Assembly: GCA_020343595.1 (NCBI GenBank)
Contig: CP070802.1
Span: forward strand, 297,151 to 361,150
DNA: 64,000 nucleotides
Direction: 5' to 3'
DNA from: a candidate division WOR-3 bacterium
GTDB lineage: Bacteria; Hydrothermota; Tepidihabitantia; SM23-42
The notes beneath the pieces were generated by a model. That model worked only from the letters and a program-made list of their open reading frames with translations, had not been told where the DNA came from and did no database searches. A program made the translations under genes and the position numbers. This document shows, one piece after another, positions 27,186 to 38,219 of the stretch; positions within the stretch are counted from its first letter, which is position 1; each line of letters opens with the position of its first letter.

Positions 27186-27857
27186 ATGTTTATACTGGCA
27201 ATAGCTATTTTTTCCACAAGTCCTTTTTACAATGCGAATTTTTTTCTGCCGATCCGCTCACTGAGTGTCTTCTCCAATCCAGCAGGTCTCGGCATTAGCA
27301 CTGGAGCAGAGGCTTTCGCAACCTATGACCTGGGATCCGAGGTCATAACGACCGGAGCGAGCGCCGGAAATATCGGTTTTGGCTACATGAAAGACGACTC
27401 CCTGCATTTCTACGAGATATCCATCGGCTACCGGCTGCCAGGAGCCTTTACAATTGGCTATGCGTATGAGTTTGGAGACACTTCAGTCCATATCGCCGGG
27501 ATTGAATGTCGGCCGAACGGACAATTGTCATTGAGCTGCCGGACCGAGATAAAACACCAGAGGTACGTTTCCGGGGGAATCGAGATAATGCCGTATCTAC
27601 ACTACGTAACACTCAGTTTTGCAGTTACATATGAAGGGATCGATGATACACTTGCATTCCTTTACGGAGGAATGATCACCCCTATCCACGGGCTGGGTGC
27701 GTTCTTCTTCGCCGACAAGGAGTTCAACTGGAATGCCGGCATGGAGTTCTCATTCGGCTATGGTAAGATCACTGGCAAATACTCTTCTCAGAGCGAGAAA
27801 TTCAGCGGAGGGTTGCTCCTATCAGCACAGAGATACAGGACCTTCGTGGAAGACTAG
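27186..27857 (+). CDS. Hypothetical protein, possible small outer-membrane beta-barrel
   Basis: N-terminal hydrophobic segment with alternating aromatic beta-strand pattern; no recognisable catalytic motifs. Confidence 0.35.
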   Translation: MFILAIAIFSTSPFYNANFFLPIRSLSVFSNPAGLGISTGAEAFATYDLGSEVITTGASAGNIGFGYMKDDSLHFYEISIGYRLPGAFTIGYAYEFGDTSVHIAGIECRPNGQLSLSCRTEIKHQRYVSGGIEIMPYLHYVTLSFAVTYEGIDDTLAFLYGGMITPIHGLGAFFFADKEFNWNAGMEFSFGYGKITGKYSSQSEKFSGGLLLSAQRYRTFVED

Positions 27858-28009
27858 AAAGGATACTCCGAGATTCACGGTGACAGACCGGAAACACAAC
27901 CATTAGACGGTTAACAAATTACTTATCTGAAACACAATTATCGCTTATATATGGCTATTATTGCATATTGCTAAAGTGATGGTTTAAGAATTCACACCTC
28001 TCGCTGATA

Positions 28010-29599
28010 TCATTTCAAAACTATTATCTTGATACCGCCTTTCGGAATATTCTCAAATCTTATGAAATAGACGCCGGTTGGGAGCTGCAAATCGTTGCGA
28101 GGTTCACGGATTTCGATGAATTTCTGACCGATGGCATTATATACGGTGAGCGGATAGTATCTGCTGTCACTTATCAGGTTTCCGTAAGCAATACCAGAAC
28201 GTACTGGGCTCGCAACAGTTGGCAATGGTAGTTGGGCTATTAGATCTCTGGTCTCTTCGATTCCAACCGGAGGATTTGGTGTACCAGGCGTTGGGGTTTC
28301 ATAAGAGTGGAAATCCACTTCATTATTGTCCGTGTCTTCCCCATCCGGGTATCTACCGAGACTGTTACCTGACTCTACATCAACGGCAGGCATCCATTCA
28401 CCGGTGAATACCCATCCATTGAGCACTCCGTACCCGACGGCATCGACCGTTATTCCATGAAAGCGTAATTCAACATTGTCAGGGCCGTTCTGAAAATCGG
28501 CTGCTGAATCGACCAGATCGACATTGGGGACAGAAGAGAATTCACCGATTACGAAGAATCCATCACCGGGTATATTGTATCCCGTTAGATCGATCGTTGC
28601 GTAATCAAAACCGCCGTTTCCATTGACGCCAACCAATGTGATGCCATCGAGACTAGCATTCCCAGGACCGTATATCTCAATGAAACATCCAGAATCAGCC
28701 CCAGGCGTATCATAATACACCTCATTTACATACAGACCAACCGTACCCACATAGTAGGCATGGGTATCTGACACCGCTGAAAGCCCGTCATCATCTACAT
28801 ACTTGAGATAATAGAATACCGTGTCTCCGTTGTTCTGAGTTGGTATTTGATAATAGAAAGTATCATTGCTCGTCGATATATGCGTCACCATAGACGGCGA
28901 TTGCAGGCTATTCACGCCATAGAACAGTGTATCGTGTTCGATCGTACCGTTGTCGACGACATGAGCGTAAGCATCGACCGTGGTTCCTTGTGACGGATTG
29001 GTCGGGTGGTGCCAGACCCGAAGTATTGTTGGCGGCTGTGTCGCTGGAGGCCCGAAATACGCATCGTCAACGTAGAAGATGGCGCTGGTCCAGGGCGTGC
29101 CAACGTCATATCCCCGAATGACAAAACGCACTGAATCGGCATTGGGTGGGGAGATACCTAGATCCCACGTCCACTCCTGCCAGGAAGTCGAATCAACAGT
29201 GTAGTACGAACCCCATTCACTCGATATGTATGCTCCTTCGCCGAACCACTGTACCCCGGCCCTCGCGCGGCCTGCCGGGTCGTTATCCAACACCCAGAAC
29301 GATATCCGATAAAGGGTGTTCGGCAGCGCATAGAGACCCTGGTATAGCTCGGCCTGACTTGCGGTCGTGGAATAGAAACTATCCTTTACGCTGAAATTTC
29401 CCGCATACACGATCACGTCTTCCTGAAAGAGAGTAACGAAATCGCTCTTTTGCCAGTCGTCGGGCATGCCGGCTGTCCAGGCCTCGAAACCCGGATTCTG
29501 TAGCATGTTCTGGGAATATGTCAGGGACACCATGACCGCTAATAATACAAAGAACCTCGTCTTCATATATCCTCCCCTGTTGATGTTACTTTTACGCAA
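28010..29599 (-). CDS. Secreted protein with lamin-tail domain (LTD) and T9SS C-terminal sorting domain
   Basis: Signal peptide. LTD pattern (LYVNEVYYDTPGADSGCFIEIYGPGNASLDGITLVG...GYNIPGDGFFVIG). Por secretion tail at the C-terminus (GVYFIRF...). Confidence 0.65.
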   Translation of the reverse strand: MRKSNINRGGYMKTRFFVLLAVMVSLTYSQNMLQNPGFEAWTAGMPDDWQKSDFVTLFQEDVIVYAGNFSVKDSFYSTTASQAELYQGLYALPNTLYRISFWVLDNDPAGRARAGVQWFGEGAYISSEWGSYYTVDSTSWQEWTWDLGISPPNADSVRFVIRGYDVGTPWTSAIFYVDDAYFGPPATQPPTILRVWHHPTNPSQGTTVDAYAHVVDNGTIEHDTLFYGVNSLQSPSMVTHISTSNDTFYYQIPTQNNGDTVFYYLKYVDDDGLSAVSDTHAYYVGTVGLYVNEVYYDTPGADSGCFIEIYGPGNASLDGITLVGVNGNGGFDYATIDLTGYNIPGDGFFVIGEFSSVPNVDLVDSAADFQNGPDNVELRFHGITVDAVGYGVLNGWVFTGEWMPAVDVESGNSLGRYPDGEDTDNNEVDFHSYETPTPGTPNPPVGIEETRDLIAQLPLPTVASPVRSGIAYGNLISDSRYYPLTVYNAIGQKFIEIREPRNDLQLPTGVYFIRFENIPKGGIKIIVLK

Positions 29600-29767
29600 A
29601 ACTGAATGTCATGATATTTTCCACAAAACTTAATGCTTTGTCAAGCATCTCGTATTCTGATCTGCGGAATCGATTACTTTCATTTTCACGGCGGAAATTG
29701 CGGAAGACCGAGGGCGCAGTGTTGACACAAAGCCGATATTATATAAGATTTACGAAAAGGAGAACTA

Positions 29768-30382
29768 ATGAGATATTTGATTTTATCGCTGGTTTTGACG
29801 GTTTCCCAATTGCTGGCACTGGAAGCAAACGAAATTATCACGAAGACGGTTGAGAAATACCGTGGCATGAACACATTCTACACCGAGTTTGAACAAACGT
29901 ATTGTGATGAAGGAACCGGTCTCTGCCAGCGTTATGAAGGTAAGACTTATTACATGAAACCGAATTTCTTCAGAATGGAGCTCGATGAGCCCAAACAAAT
30001 ATACGTCGGTGACAGCGTTTCGCTGTGGATCTACATGCCCGAGGAGAAGAGAGCGATACGCCAGGCACTCACGCAGATGCCCTTTCAAATCAGCCCGGAT
30101 GCTCTCTTTGATAATTATGAAGAGGATTTCATCGCTTCGCTCGAAGGCGAGGACGAAGAAAGCTATGATATCATCCTGGAGCCAAGGGACGAAACCGATA
30201 TTTACCGACGACTGAAAGTAAAAATTCATAAAAAAACCTTTGAGATAATCGGCATCACCGTCACCGATGAGTCGGGGGTCGAGAGTAAATTCGAATTCAC
30301 GAAGGTGGAGATCAACACAAAGATCGACCGCAAGATATTCGAGTTCAACCCGCCCGAGGGAGTACAGGTAGATGAATACTGA
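29768..30382 (+). CDS. LolA-like outer-membrane lipoprotein carrier / sorting protein
   Basis: Signal peptide. LolA fold pattern (KTVEKYRGMNTFYTEFEQT...YYMKPNFFRMEL). Strong RBS AAAAGGAG 6 nt upstream. Confidence 0.65.
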   Translation: MRYLILSLVLTVSQLLALEANEIITKTVEKYRGMNTFYTEFEQTYCDEGTGLCQRYEGKTYYMKPNFFRMELDEPKQIYVGDSVSLWIYMPEEKRAIRQALTQMPFQISPDALFDNYEEDFIASLEGEDEESYDIILEPRDETDIYRRLKVKIHKKTFEIIGITVTDESGVESKFEFTKVEINTKIDRKIFEFNPPEGVQVDEY

Positions 30383-30767
30383 TCGTCTCATGGACGACTC
30401 GTGCTTTGCATGCGGCAAGAAGAATGTCAACGGTCTGAAACTTGATATCATTGAACGAGACGACGGCGTTTGGGCAGCCATCGCTCCGCCGGCATGGTCC
30501 CAGGGCTATGACCGACTGGTACACGGCGGCCTCATCGCGACCATCCTTGATGAAATGGCGGTATGGGCTGCATTCAAAAAAGGATACAGGACTATGACCG
30601 CAGAACTCTGCATGAGAATCAAGGAGGCAATGCCGGTGGATCAGCAGTATACGGCGCGGTCAAGAATTCAAAAGGTCAAACACCGGCTGGTTGAAGCGGA
30701 TAGTGAGATCAGAAACAGAAACGGTGCCCAAGTGGCATTTGCACACGTGAAGTTACTCAAGGTATAA
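30372..30767 (+). CDS. PaaI/YbgC-type hotdog-fold thioesterase
   Basis: HGG...D motif context (LVHGGLIATILDEMAVWAAF). 131 aa. Confidence 0.7.
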   Translation: MNTDRLMDDSCFACGKKNVNGLKLDIIERDDGVWAAIAPPAWSQGYDRLVHGGLIATILDEMAVWAAFKKGYRTMTAELCMRIKEAMPVDQQYTARSRIQKVKHRLVEADSEIRNRNGAQVAFAHVKLLKV

Positions 30768-30783
30768 CTATAGTCGCTCCGTC

Positions 30784-32049
30784 ATGAGAATACACTGCGT
30801 TTCACTCGGCTGTCCCAAAAACCTTGTGGATTCAGAGAACATAATTGGAGTCCTAGGGGCATCCGGAGCATCGATCACTCCTCTGCCTGAGGATTGTGAT
30901 GTTATGATCCTCAATACATGCGCCTTCATAAAACCCGCGTTGGAGGAAACCCAGCGAGAGATCGAGAACGCATTGCACCGCATGAGTAACGGAAAGCGGC
31001 TCTTCGTCCTTGGCTGCGCTGTCAACCGCTTTGGCCGCCGTCTCAGGCGCCAATTTCCACAAGTATCCGGGTGGTATGAGATCAAAGATATACCAAAATT
31101 GATCAAAGCGCTCGCACCCGATGCACCCGGTAAGCGTACCCGCCTGCCGACGACCCATGGCTATGCTTACTTGAAGATCTCCGAAGGATGCTCAAATAAT
31201 TGCACCTACTGTACGATACCATCCATAAAGGGACCATACCGGAGCATTACCACGCAAGAACTACTTGCTGAAGCTCGCGAGCTCGCGGGTCTGGGAATAA
31301 AGGAACTCATACTTATCGGACAGGATACGACTAGATACGGTATGGATACGGGTGGACAGACAGCACTGAGATCCCTTCTCCGGAGGCTTTCCTTGATCGA
31401 GGGTATTGAATGGATCAGGATAATGTACGCACATCCGAAGACGATCGATGATGACATCCTCCAGGAGATAGAACAGAATGACAAGATATGCAAGTATATT
31501 GATCTTCCTATCCAGCATGTATCCTCTCGAATTCTCAAAAGAATGAAACGCGGGACGACCGCCAAAAGCATAGAAAATGTGCTCAAGACGCTGAAGAAGA
31601 TCATTGGATTTTCGGTTCGGACTACGCTCATTGTCGGTTTTCCCGGAGAAACCGATGCCGAATTCAACGAATTGATGCAATTTGTCGACAAAGGCTACTT
31701 CGATTGGCTTGGCGTTTTCCCTTATCATTGCGAGGAAGGGACAGAAGCCGCAAAGTTAGTACAAACGCCGGAAAAGATCATAAGGGAACGCTACGAAAAA
31801 GCGGTCGATATGCAACAACGGATTATCGCACGAGCCAACCGCAAGCGACTGAATCGTCCGTACCGAGTGCTGGTCCACTCGTTCGACGGCCACAACTACA
31901 TCGGCCACGCTGAATTCAACGCTCCGGATATTGATAGTCAGATACTGGTTAAAGGGGACAACCTGCAGCCAGGTAAATTCTACGATGTCCGAATTGCGGA
32001 TATCAAAGACGGCGATCTCATAAGCGAGCCGGTCGAGGTAGGTGACTGA
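30784..32049 (+). CDS. rimO: Ribosomal protein S12 methylthiotransferase RimO (radical SAM MTTase)
   Basis: N-terminus VSLGCPKNLVDSE matches RimO. Radical SAM CxxxCxxC (CSNNCTYC). C-terminal TRAM domain. Confidence 0.8.
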   Translation: MRIHCVSLGCPKNLVDSENIIGVLGASGASITPLPEDCDVMILNTCAFIKPALEETQREIENALHRMSNGKRLFVLGCAVNRFGRRLRRQFPQVSGWYEIKDIPKLIKALAPDAPGKRTRLPTTHGYAYLKISEGCSNNCTYCTIPSIKGPYRSITTQELLAEARELAGLGIKELILIGQDTTRYGMDTGGQTALRSLLRRLSLIEGIEWIRIMYAHPKTIDDDILQEIEQNDKICKYIDLPIQHVSSRILKRMKRGTTAKSIENVLKTLKKIIGFSVRTTLIVGFPGETDAEFNELMQFVDKGYFDWLGVFPYHCEEGTEAAKLVQTPEKIIRERYEKAVDMQQRIIARANRKRLNRPYRVLVHSFDGHNYIGHAEFNAPDIDSQILVKGDNLQPGKFYDVRIADIKDGDLISEPVEVGD

Positions 32050-32845
32050 AATGATCGCGGGCAAGATATTCCACATATCCATTTTTCTTCTCTGCATACT
32101 TCTCCCCCACGAATCAGGTTACTCCCTCGAGGTCCCACTCGATTTCCACGGCCGCGGATTTTTTGGAAAATATCTGAACAGCGATACGTCCAGGTTTAAT
32201 TTTGATTCTTCTTTCGAAATCTACTTGACCACGCTCCGGCACGGGATGTTCTCGACGTATGTCTATTACCGTGATGATCTTGATATGGCCGAGCAGACCG
32301 GTGGTGTATCGATTGACCCAAGATACGGACACTACTATATCGTCGGAGGGATGGACTTCTTTCTAAAGAATTTTGTGATCACAGGATATTTTGTGCATGA
32401 TTGCATCCATGATATTGATTACGAAGTTGAAGGGACTCCAGTCTTCAACCGTTTCAGACTGCGTTTTGCACCCTGCGATTTCCATTACGCGGCACGTCTC
32501 AAAACGAAAGAGAAACTGTTATGGTCGATAGACATCGGATACTACCCCCATTGGGATTTCCACGGGTGGGACATTAACGCAGGTGCGGACTACAACTATG
32601 ATGTCATTCTTACCGGAATGTATAACCTTGTCTCAACCCGTGATTTCGGTTTGGACTTTACGCCAGACTTTTCGATCATTGCAGGAGACAGTTCCTTTTA
32701 CCATCGATATGTTCTCGGAATAGAAGCGTATTACAGGAAATCAGCGAAACGTTTTGGGCTTTCGCTCGATTACTTCGCATATGTGAACGATCCACTAAAG
32801 AGTCCAAATAAGCTATGGCTATTATCGGTTTATTCAGAATTCTAA
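32042..32845 (+). CDS. Hypothetical outer-membrane beta-barrel protein
   Basis: Signal peptide. Aromatic-rich strands. C-terminal ...YSEF ending in Phe. Confidence 0.4.
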   Translation: MTEMIAGKIFHISIFLLCILLPHESGYSLEVPLDFHGRGFFGKYLNSDTSRFNFDSSFEIYLTTLRHGMFSTYVYYRDDLDMAEQTGGVSIDPRYGHYYIVGGMDFFLKNFVITGYFVHDCIHDIDYEVEGTPVFNRFRLRFAPCDFHYAARLKTKEKLLWSIDIGYYPHWDFHGWDINAGADYNYDVILTGMYNLVSTRDFGLDFTPDFSIIAGDSSFYHRYVLGIEAYYRKSAKRFGLSLDYFAYVNDPLKSPNKLWLLSVYSEF

Positions 32846-34437
32846 CACTTGCGCTGTTTCTTTACAGTGGCGATGGCGCATATGAGCTTTTCAGCATAGG
32901 AAATCAATTGGAGATGGAAGGTCGCCTCGAGGAGGCAATGGAGTATTATGAAAGGGCACATGAACTTGAACCCGCGTCCGCCGAGATCATCGTTTCGCTG
33001 GCAAGTGTTCTATACCAGGTGCAGCGGTTTGACGAAGGAATTGCCTATCTCCACACGGCTCTGGAGATCGAACCCGAGAATTTGCGTTTGTACCAGATGT
33101 TAGCCCTCGGATATGTCGGTAAGCGGCAATTGAACGAAGCGATCAAGTACTACAAGATGGCGTTGAAATTAGCTCCCGAGAATGAGGACATATATCTTGC
33201 TATCTCGACCTTGTTCGAGGCCAACAGAAACCTTTCAGAAGCAATAAGCAGCCTTGAAAATATGCCGGAGAATATGAAGACAGCCGATATACTTCTCAGA
33301 TTGGCAAATCTCTCCAGCCGGATGAACGATCATCCCTCAGCAGTAGATTACTACCGGAAGGCATATTCACTTGATACGACAGACCTGAACACGACGATCG
33401 GGCTGGGAACCGGATTCGACATGCTCGGTGTCAACGATTCGGCCTTGTATTACTATGAGAAAGCGAATGCCGACACGTTCATCTCAAACGTCGCACAAAG
33501 GCTCATCGATCTGTATACAGAGGTGGACAGATACGACAAGGTAATTACCGTCGCAAATGAGATATTGATCCTTGAACCAGGTAATACTCACGTACGGCGG
33601 AGCCTTGGTTTTGCGTACTACAAAGTGGAGATGTTCATCAAAGCGCTCAATGAATTTTCTATTGTCCTCAGATACGACCCTTCGGACACCTATTCAGCAT
33701 TCTATCTTGCACGCATATATATGGAACAGGGGGATTATGATAGATCGCGCATTGAGATCGAATCGGCGCTGGATGTCAATCCTGATTTCATCGAACTCTG
33801 GGTCTATCTGGGATTCGTCGCCATAGAGGAAGAAGATTACGATCTTGCCGAATATGCATTCACTGAAGCGGGGTATCGTGGCGGTGATCTCGCACAGATC
33901 TACTATCTGCTTGGAGCGGTCATGGAAACCCGGGAGAATAATCCGAAGGCATATTACTATTACAATAAAGCCATTGAAAAAAACCCTACGAACGTTGCTG
34001 CGCTGCAATCCCTGGCAAGTATTACATCCTCGGTCGGTAGAGAAAATGAAACATTCAACACATTTCAGAAGATACTGCAAATCGATACCCTTAATGCTGT
34101 TGCACTGAACTACATCGGATACACCTATGCTGAACGTAATGACAGCCTCGAATACGCCCTGCGCCTCATAGATCGGGCGTTGGAAATAGATGCCGACAAC
34201 GGTTATTATACTGACTCGCGCGGCTGGGTATTATACAAGATGGGACGGTTGGAAGAAGCGCTGCATGAATTGAAACGCGCCAGTGAGATCGTAGAAGATG
34301 CGGTGATTCTGGAACACCTTGGCGACGTATACCGCGAGCTCGGCGAGAGTAATGCCGCGCTCGATGCCTACAAACGGGCACTGGAGATCGAACCAGGCAA
34401 CAAAGCATTGCGTAGTAAGATCGACAAGGTGGAATAG
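32815..34437 (+). CDS. Tetratricopeptide repeat (TPR) protein
   Basis: More than 10 TPR-like 34-aa repeats (e.g. ALEIEPENLRLYQMLALGYV, AYKRALEIEPGN). Confidence 0.8.
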   Translation: MAIIGLFRILTLALFLYSGDGAYELFSIGNQLEMEGRLEEAMEYYERAHELEPASAEIIVSLASVLYQVQRFDEGIAYLHTALEIEPENLRLYQMLALGYVGKRQLNEAIKYYKMALKLAPENEDIYLAISTLFEANRNLSEAISSLENMPENMKTADILLRLANLSSRMNDHPSAVDYYRKAYSLDTTDLNTTIGLGTGFDMLGVNDSALYYYEKANADTFISNVAQRLIDLYTEVDRYDKVITVANEILILEPGNTHVRRSLGFAYYKVEMFIKALNEFSIVLRYDPSDTYSAFYLARIYMEQGDYDRSRIEIESALDVNPDFIELWVYLGFVAIEEEDYDLAEYAFTEAGYRGGDLAQIYYLLGAVMETRENNPKAYYYYNKAIEKNPTNVAALQSLASITSSVGRENETFNTFQKILQIDTLNAVALNYIGYTYAERNDSLEYALRLIDRALEIDADNGYYTDSRGWVLYKMGRLEEALHELKRASEIVEDAVILEHLGDVYRELGESNAALDAYKRALEIEPGNKALRSKIDKVE

Positions 34438-35688
34438 ATGTGGGAGCCTTACCGGATCAAAGTTGTTGAACCGCTTCCGAAAACCACCAGGAAGAAAAGA
34501 AAGAGAGTCCTCGAGAAAGCCGGATACAACCCGTTTCTAATCCCGGCAAAAAACGTCACCATTGATCTCATATCGGATTCAGGTACGGGCGCGATGTCCT
34601 CGGAACAGTGGGCAGGAATGATCGAAGCGAGAGAAGACTTTGCCGGGCAGGCATCATTCGAGAAGTTCCTGGATGCCGCGAAGTCCCTTACAGGATTCCC
34701 GTATATCCAGCCGGTACATCAGGGACGGAGTGCCGAGAAAATACTGTTCGGCCTGATGCTGCGTGAAGGGGATACGGTGATTGCCAATACGCATTTCGAG
34801 ACCACCCGCAGTAATATCGAGGCGCTCAGGTGCCACGCAATTGACCTGCCTGCCTGCGAGAAACCGTTCCCGGGTAACATCGATCTGGGGAAAATGCAAA
34901 AAACGATGAAACAACGCACGAACGTAAGAGCTGTTGTCCTTACGGTCACGAGTAATATCCTTGGTGGACAACCAGTTTCGCTGGAGAACATCGCCGCAGC
35001 AAAGAAGATGGCAAGGAAACGTGGCGTCGGCCTGGTGCTGGATGCTTGTAGGTTTGCCGATAATGCCTTCCTCATCAAGCAGAATGGAGAAGCAAATGGC
35101 AGCATAAGAACGATCTGCCGCAGGATATTCGGATATGCTGACATCGCCTACCTCAGTAGCAAGAAGGACGGTCTCGTGAATATCGGGGGATTCATAGGGC
35201 TGCGGGATAGAAAACTCCATGAACGGCTCGAGTATGAGATCATACGTCAGGAAGCCTTCCCTACTTCAGGAGGTCTGGCGGCACGCGACCTTACGGCCAT
35301 GACTGGAGGTCTCTCAGATTCAACGGACGAGCACTTTCTCAGTGCGCACATCGGTAATGTCGCATATCTTGGCCGCTTGCTCAAAGATAACGGTGTAGAT
35401 ATATTCGAGCCGGTGGGTGGTCATGCCGTTGTCATCACAACAAGGAAAGATCACGCCCACTTTGCCTTCGCACTTGCCGCCCAGATCTACCTCGATTCCG
35501 GGATCAGAGTAGGAGTCTTCGATGACTCGGTCAGACTGGCCGTGCCAAGGCGGGTCTACACTCGTGAGCACCTCAGCTACGTCGGTGAATGTGTCGCCAG
35601 AGCATATACGACAAGCCTTCCGCGGTTGAAGCTTGTCCATAAACCCCGTGAATTCTGCAATTTCTTCTCCCGATATCTACCGGTTTGA
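34438..35688 (+). CDS. Tryptophanase / tyrosine phenol-lyase family beta-eliminating lyase (PLP-dependent)
   Basis: Clear similarity to the TnaA N-terminus (PYRIKVVEPLPKTTR...NPFLIPAKNVTIDLISDSGTGAMS). PLP-binding Lys context SSKKDGLVNIGG. Confidence 0.8.
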   Translation: MWEPYRIKVVEPLPKTTRKKRKRVLEKAGYNPFLIPAKNVTIDLISDSGTGAMSSEQWAGMIEAREDFAGQASFEKFLDAAKSLTGFPYIQPVHQGRSAEKILFGLMLREGDTVIANTHFETTRSNIEALRCHAIDLPACEKPFPGNIDLGKMQKTMKQRTNVRAVVLTVTSNILGGQPVSLENIAAAKKMARKRGVGLVLDACRFADNAFLIKQNGEANGSIRTICRRIFGYADIAYLSSKKDGLVNIGGFIGLRDRKLHERLEYEIIRQEAFPTSGGLAARDLTAMTGGLSDSTDEHFLSAHIGNVAYLGRLLKDNGVDIFEPVGGHAVVITTRKDHAHFAFALAAQIYLDSGIRVGVFDDSVRLAVPRRVYTREHLSYVGECVARAYTTSLPRLKLVHKPREFCNFFSRYLPV

Positions 35689-35770
35689 GAAGCAGCAAGC
35701 CATACCCTACGGAACATGGAGATATTACACAAAGAGTTAAACAGACTACTCTTACAAATTGTCTAAATAG

Positions 35771-35798
35771 TTGACAAATACTTAATTTTGAATAAAAT
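35771..35798 (+). promoter_or_regulatory. Near-consensus sigma70-type promoter upstream of clpC (TTGACA-16 nt-TAAAAT)
   Basis: TTGACA at 35771-35776, 16-nt spacer, TAAAAT at 35793-35798. RBS AAGGAGG at 35808-35814 precedes the TTG start at 35820. Confidence 0.5.
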
Positions 35799-35819
35799 GG
35801 GCTAAATAAGGAGGATGGT

Positions 35820-38219
35820 TTGCAGGAACGATTCACCGAGCGGGTAAGGAAGATATTGCACCTTGCTCACGACGAAGCATTGAAATTCAAAAACAATTTC
35901 ATTGGTACAGAGCACCTTTTGCTTGCAATGATAAAAGAAGGCGAAGGTGTCGGTGCCATGGTTTTGATCAATTTGGGCATTGAACTGAACGAATTACGAA
36001 AGAATATTGAGGGTTCTGTCCGTACCGGTCCTGGCGGCAAGATAGATGTTCCTTTCAGTAACGAGTCAAGGGTTTGTCTCAACTACGCCATGGAAGAAGC
36101 AAAGAATTTCGGTCATTCCTATGTTGGTACAGAACACCTGCTGCTTGGAATCATCAGAACGCCTGAAAGTCTTGGCGCTCAGGTGCTTGAATCCGTCGGT
36201 GTTGATTACGAAACGGTCAAGAATGAGATCATCCAGCTCCTGAGACCCGAAGGTGTCATGACGAGCAAAACGCGGGGCAAGCAGAGGGGTTCTGCGCTTG
36301 ATCTCTTCTCAAGGGATCTCACCCAGCTTGCGCGTGAGGAGAAATTGGACCCGATCATTGGTCGCGAGAATGAAATCGAGCGGGTCATCCAGGTTCTTTC
36401 CCGGCGCAAGAAGAACAATCCTGTTCTGGTGGGTGAGGCCGGGGTTGGAAAAACTGCAATCGCCGAGGGTCTTGCTCAGGATATCGTCGCCAGCAATGTT
36501 CCAGAATCATTGAAAAACAAGAGAGTGGTTGCTTTGGACATGGCCTCGGTAGTTGCCGGTACCAAATACCGGGGGCAGTTCGAGGAACGTTTGAAGGCAG
36601 TCATCAATGAGGTTACACGCAACAAGGATGTCATACTATTCATAGACGAACTACATACGATCGTGGGTGCCGGAGCTGCCGAAGGTGCGATCGATGCATC
36701 GAGCATACTGAAGCCGGCATTAGCACGAGGGGAAATCCAGTGCATCGGCGCAACTACCCTCGAGGACTACCGCCGTTATATCGAAAAGAATGGAGCCCTC
36801 GAACGACGGTTCCAGCCTATAATGGTGAACCCGCCGACGGTTCAGGAAACGATCAATATCCTGCAGGGACTGCGCAAGAAGTATGAAGATCATCACCAGA
36901 TAGCATACACGGATGATGCACTGGACGCTGCAGCACGCCTCTCCAATCGGTACATTACGGATAGATTCCTCCCCGACAAGGCGATCGATGTTATCGACGA
37001 ATCCGGCGCTAAGGTGAAACTTTCCAAGATAGTGAAGAATGATGAAACAGCCGCGCTGGAGCTGAAGATCAACGAGATAAAGGTCAAGAAAGAGAAATTA
37101 GTGGCAGAGCAGAAGTTTGAACAGGCTGCCCAATTGCGTGACGAGCAGAGGAAACTGACCGATGCGCTGCAGCAGCAAAGTAAGACAGCGACCACAGTTC
37201 GGCCAACTGTCAACGAGGAGGACGTCGCCTTCATCGTCTCGCGCTGGACAGGTATCCCTGTCTCAAGGATCGAAGAAGGAGAATCCAAGAGACTGCTGAA
37301 GATGGAAGAAGAATTGAGAAAGAAGATCGTCAGTCAGAACGAGGCTATCTCCGCGATCGCCAAAGCCGTCAGGCGCAGTCGAGCCGGGGTGAAGGATCCG
37401 AGAAGGCCGATCGGTTCATTCGTCTTTCTGGGACCGACCGGTGTCGGGAAGACTGAACTTGCCAGAAGATTGGCCGAGTTCCTCTTTGGTGATATAAATT
37501 CACTGATAAGCCTCGACATGTCTGAATTCATGGAAAAATTCAATGTTTCCCGTCTGATTGGAGCACCTCCCGGATACGTTGGTTACGAAGAAGGTGGTCA
37601 ACTAACCGAAAAAGTGAGGAGAAAGCCGTATTCGGTTGTTCTTTTTGACGAGATAGAGAAGGCGCATCCGGATGTCTTCAATATTCTGCTTCAGATTCTG
37701 GAGGATGGCCAATTGACGGATTCTTACGGTCGGCGCGTCGATTTCAAGAACACGGTCATAATAATGACTTCAAATATAGGTACTGCCGAGATCAAACGGA
37801 GCGATGGCATTGGCTTCATGAAAGTAGATGATGCTGCTTCACATGAAAAAATGAAAGTCAGGCTCATGGAAGAGGTGAAAAAACTCTTCTCACCAGAGTT
37901 CCTCAACCGTATCGACGAAATAATCGTCTTCAAGAAACTCAACAAGGACGATATGAAACAGATCATAGAAATACTCATCCAGGAAGTCGAAGAAAGACTC
38001 CATGAGAAGAACATGAAGTTGGAATTGGATGAAACAAGCAAGGAACTACTGGTTGAAACAGGATTTGACGCAGAGTTCGGCGCCCGTCCGCTCAAGAGAG
38101 TCATTAGAAAATTGATCGAAGACCCACTATCAGAAGAGATACTCAAGGGAAATATCAAAGAAGGCAAACGTATCAAACTCGTGAGGTCGGGAGAGAAGAT
38201 CGAGTTCACACAGAAATGA
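35820..38219 (+). CDS. clpC: ATP-dependent Clp protease ATP-binding subunit ClpC (Clp_N repeats, two AAA+ modules, UVR motif)
   Basis: Clp_N repeats ([24 protein letters not shown]). Walker A GEAGVGKT and [11 protein letters not shown]-like coiled coil. Confidence 0.9.
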   Translation: MQERFTERVRKILHLAHDEALKFKNNFIGTEHLLLAMIKEGEGVGAMVLINLGIELNELRKNIEGSVRTGPGGKIDVPFSNESRVCLNYAMEEAKNFGHSYVGTEHLLLGIIRTPESLGAQVLESVGVDYETVKNEIIQLLRPEGVMTSKTRGKQRGSALDLFSRDLTQLAREEKLDPIIGRENEIERVIQVLSRRKKNNPVLVGEAGVGKTAIAEGLAQDIVASNVPESLKNKRVVALDMASVVAGTKYRGQFEERLKAVINEVTRNKDVILFIDELHTIVGAGAAEGAIDASSILKPALARGEIQCIGATTLEDYRRYIEKNGALERRFQPIMVNPPTVQETINILQGLRKKYEDHHQIAYTDDALDAAARLSNRYITDRFLPDKAIDVIDESGAKVKLSKIVKNDETAALELKINEIKVKKEKLVAEQKFEQAAQLRDEQRKLTDALQQQSKTATTVRPTVNEEDVAFIVSRWTGIPVSRIEEGESKRLLKMEEELRKKIVSQNEAISAIAKAVRRSRAGVKDPRRPIGSFVFLGPTGVGKTELARRLAEFLFGDINSLISLDMSEFMEKFNVSRLIGAPPGYVGYEEGGQLTEKVRRKPYSVVLFDEIEKAHPDVFNILLQILEDGQLTDSYGRRVDFKNTVIIMTSNIGTAEIKRSDGIGFMKVDDAASHEKMKVRLMEEVKKLFSPEFLNRIDEIIVFKKLNKDDMKQIIEILIQEVEERLHEKNMKLELDETSKELLVETGFDAEFGARPLKRVIRKLIEDPLSEEILKGNIKEGKRIKLVRSGEKIEFTQK

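Noticed and set aside
29722-29747. TTGACA ... TATAAG sigma70-like promoter upstream of the LolA-like gene
   Set aside because: Spacer between the best -35 and -10 candidates is only 14-15 nt; not reported as a feature.
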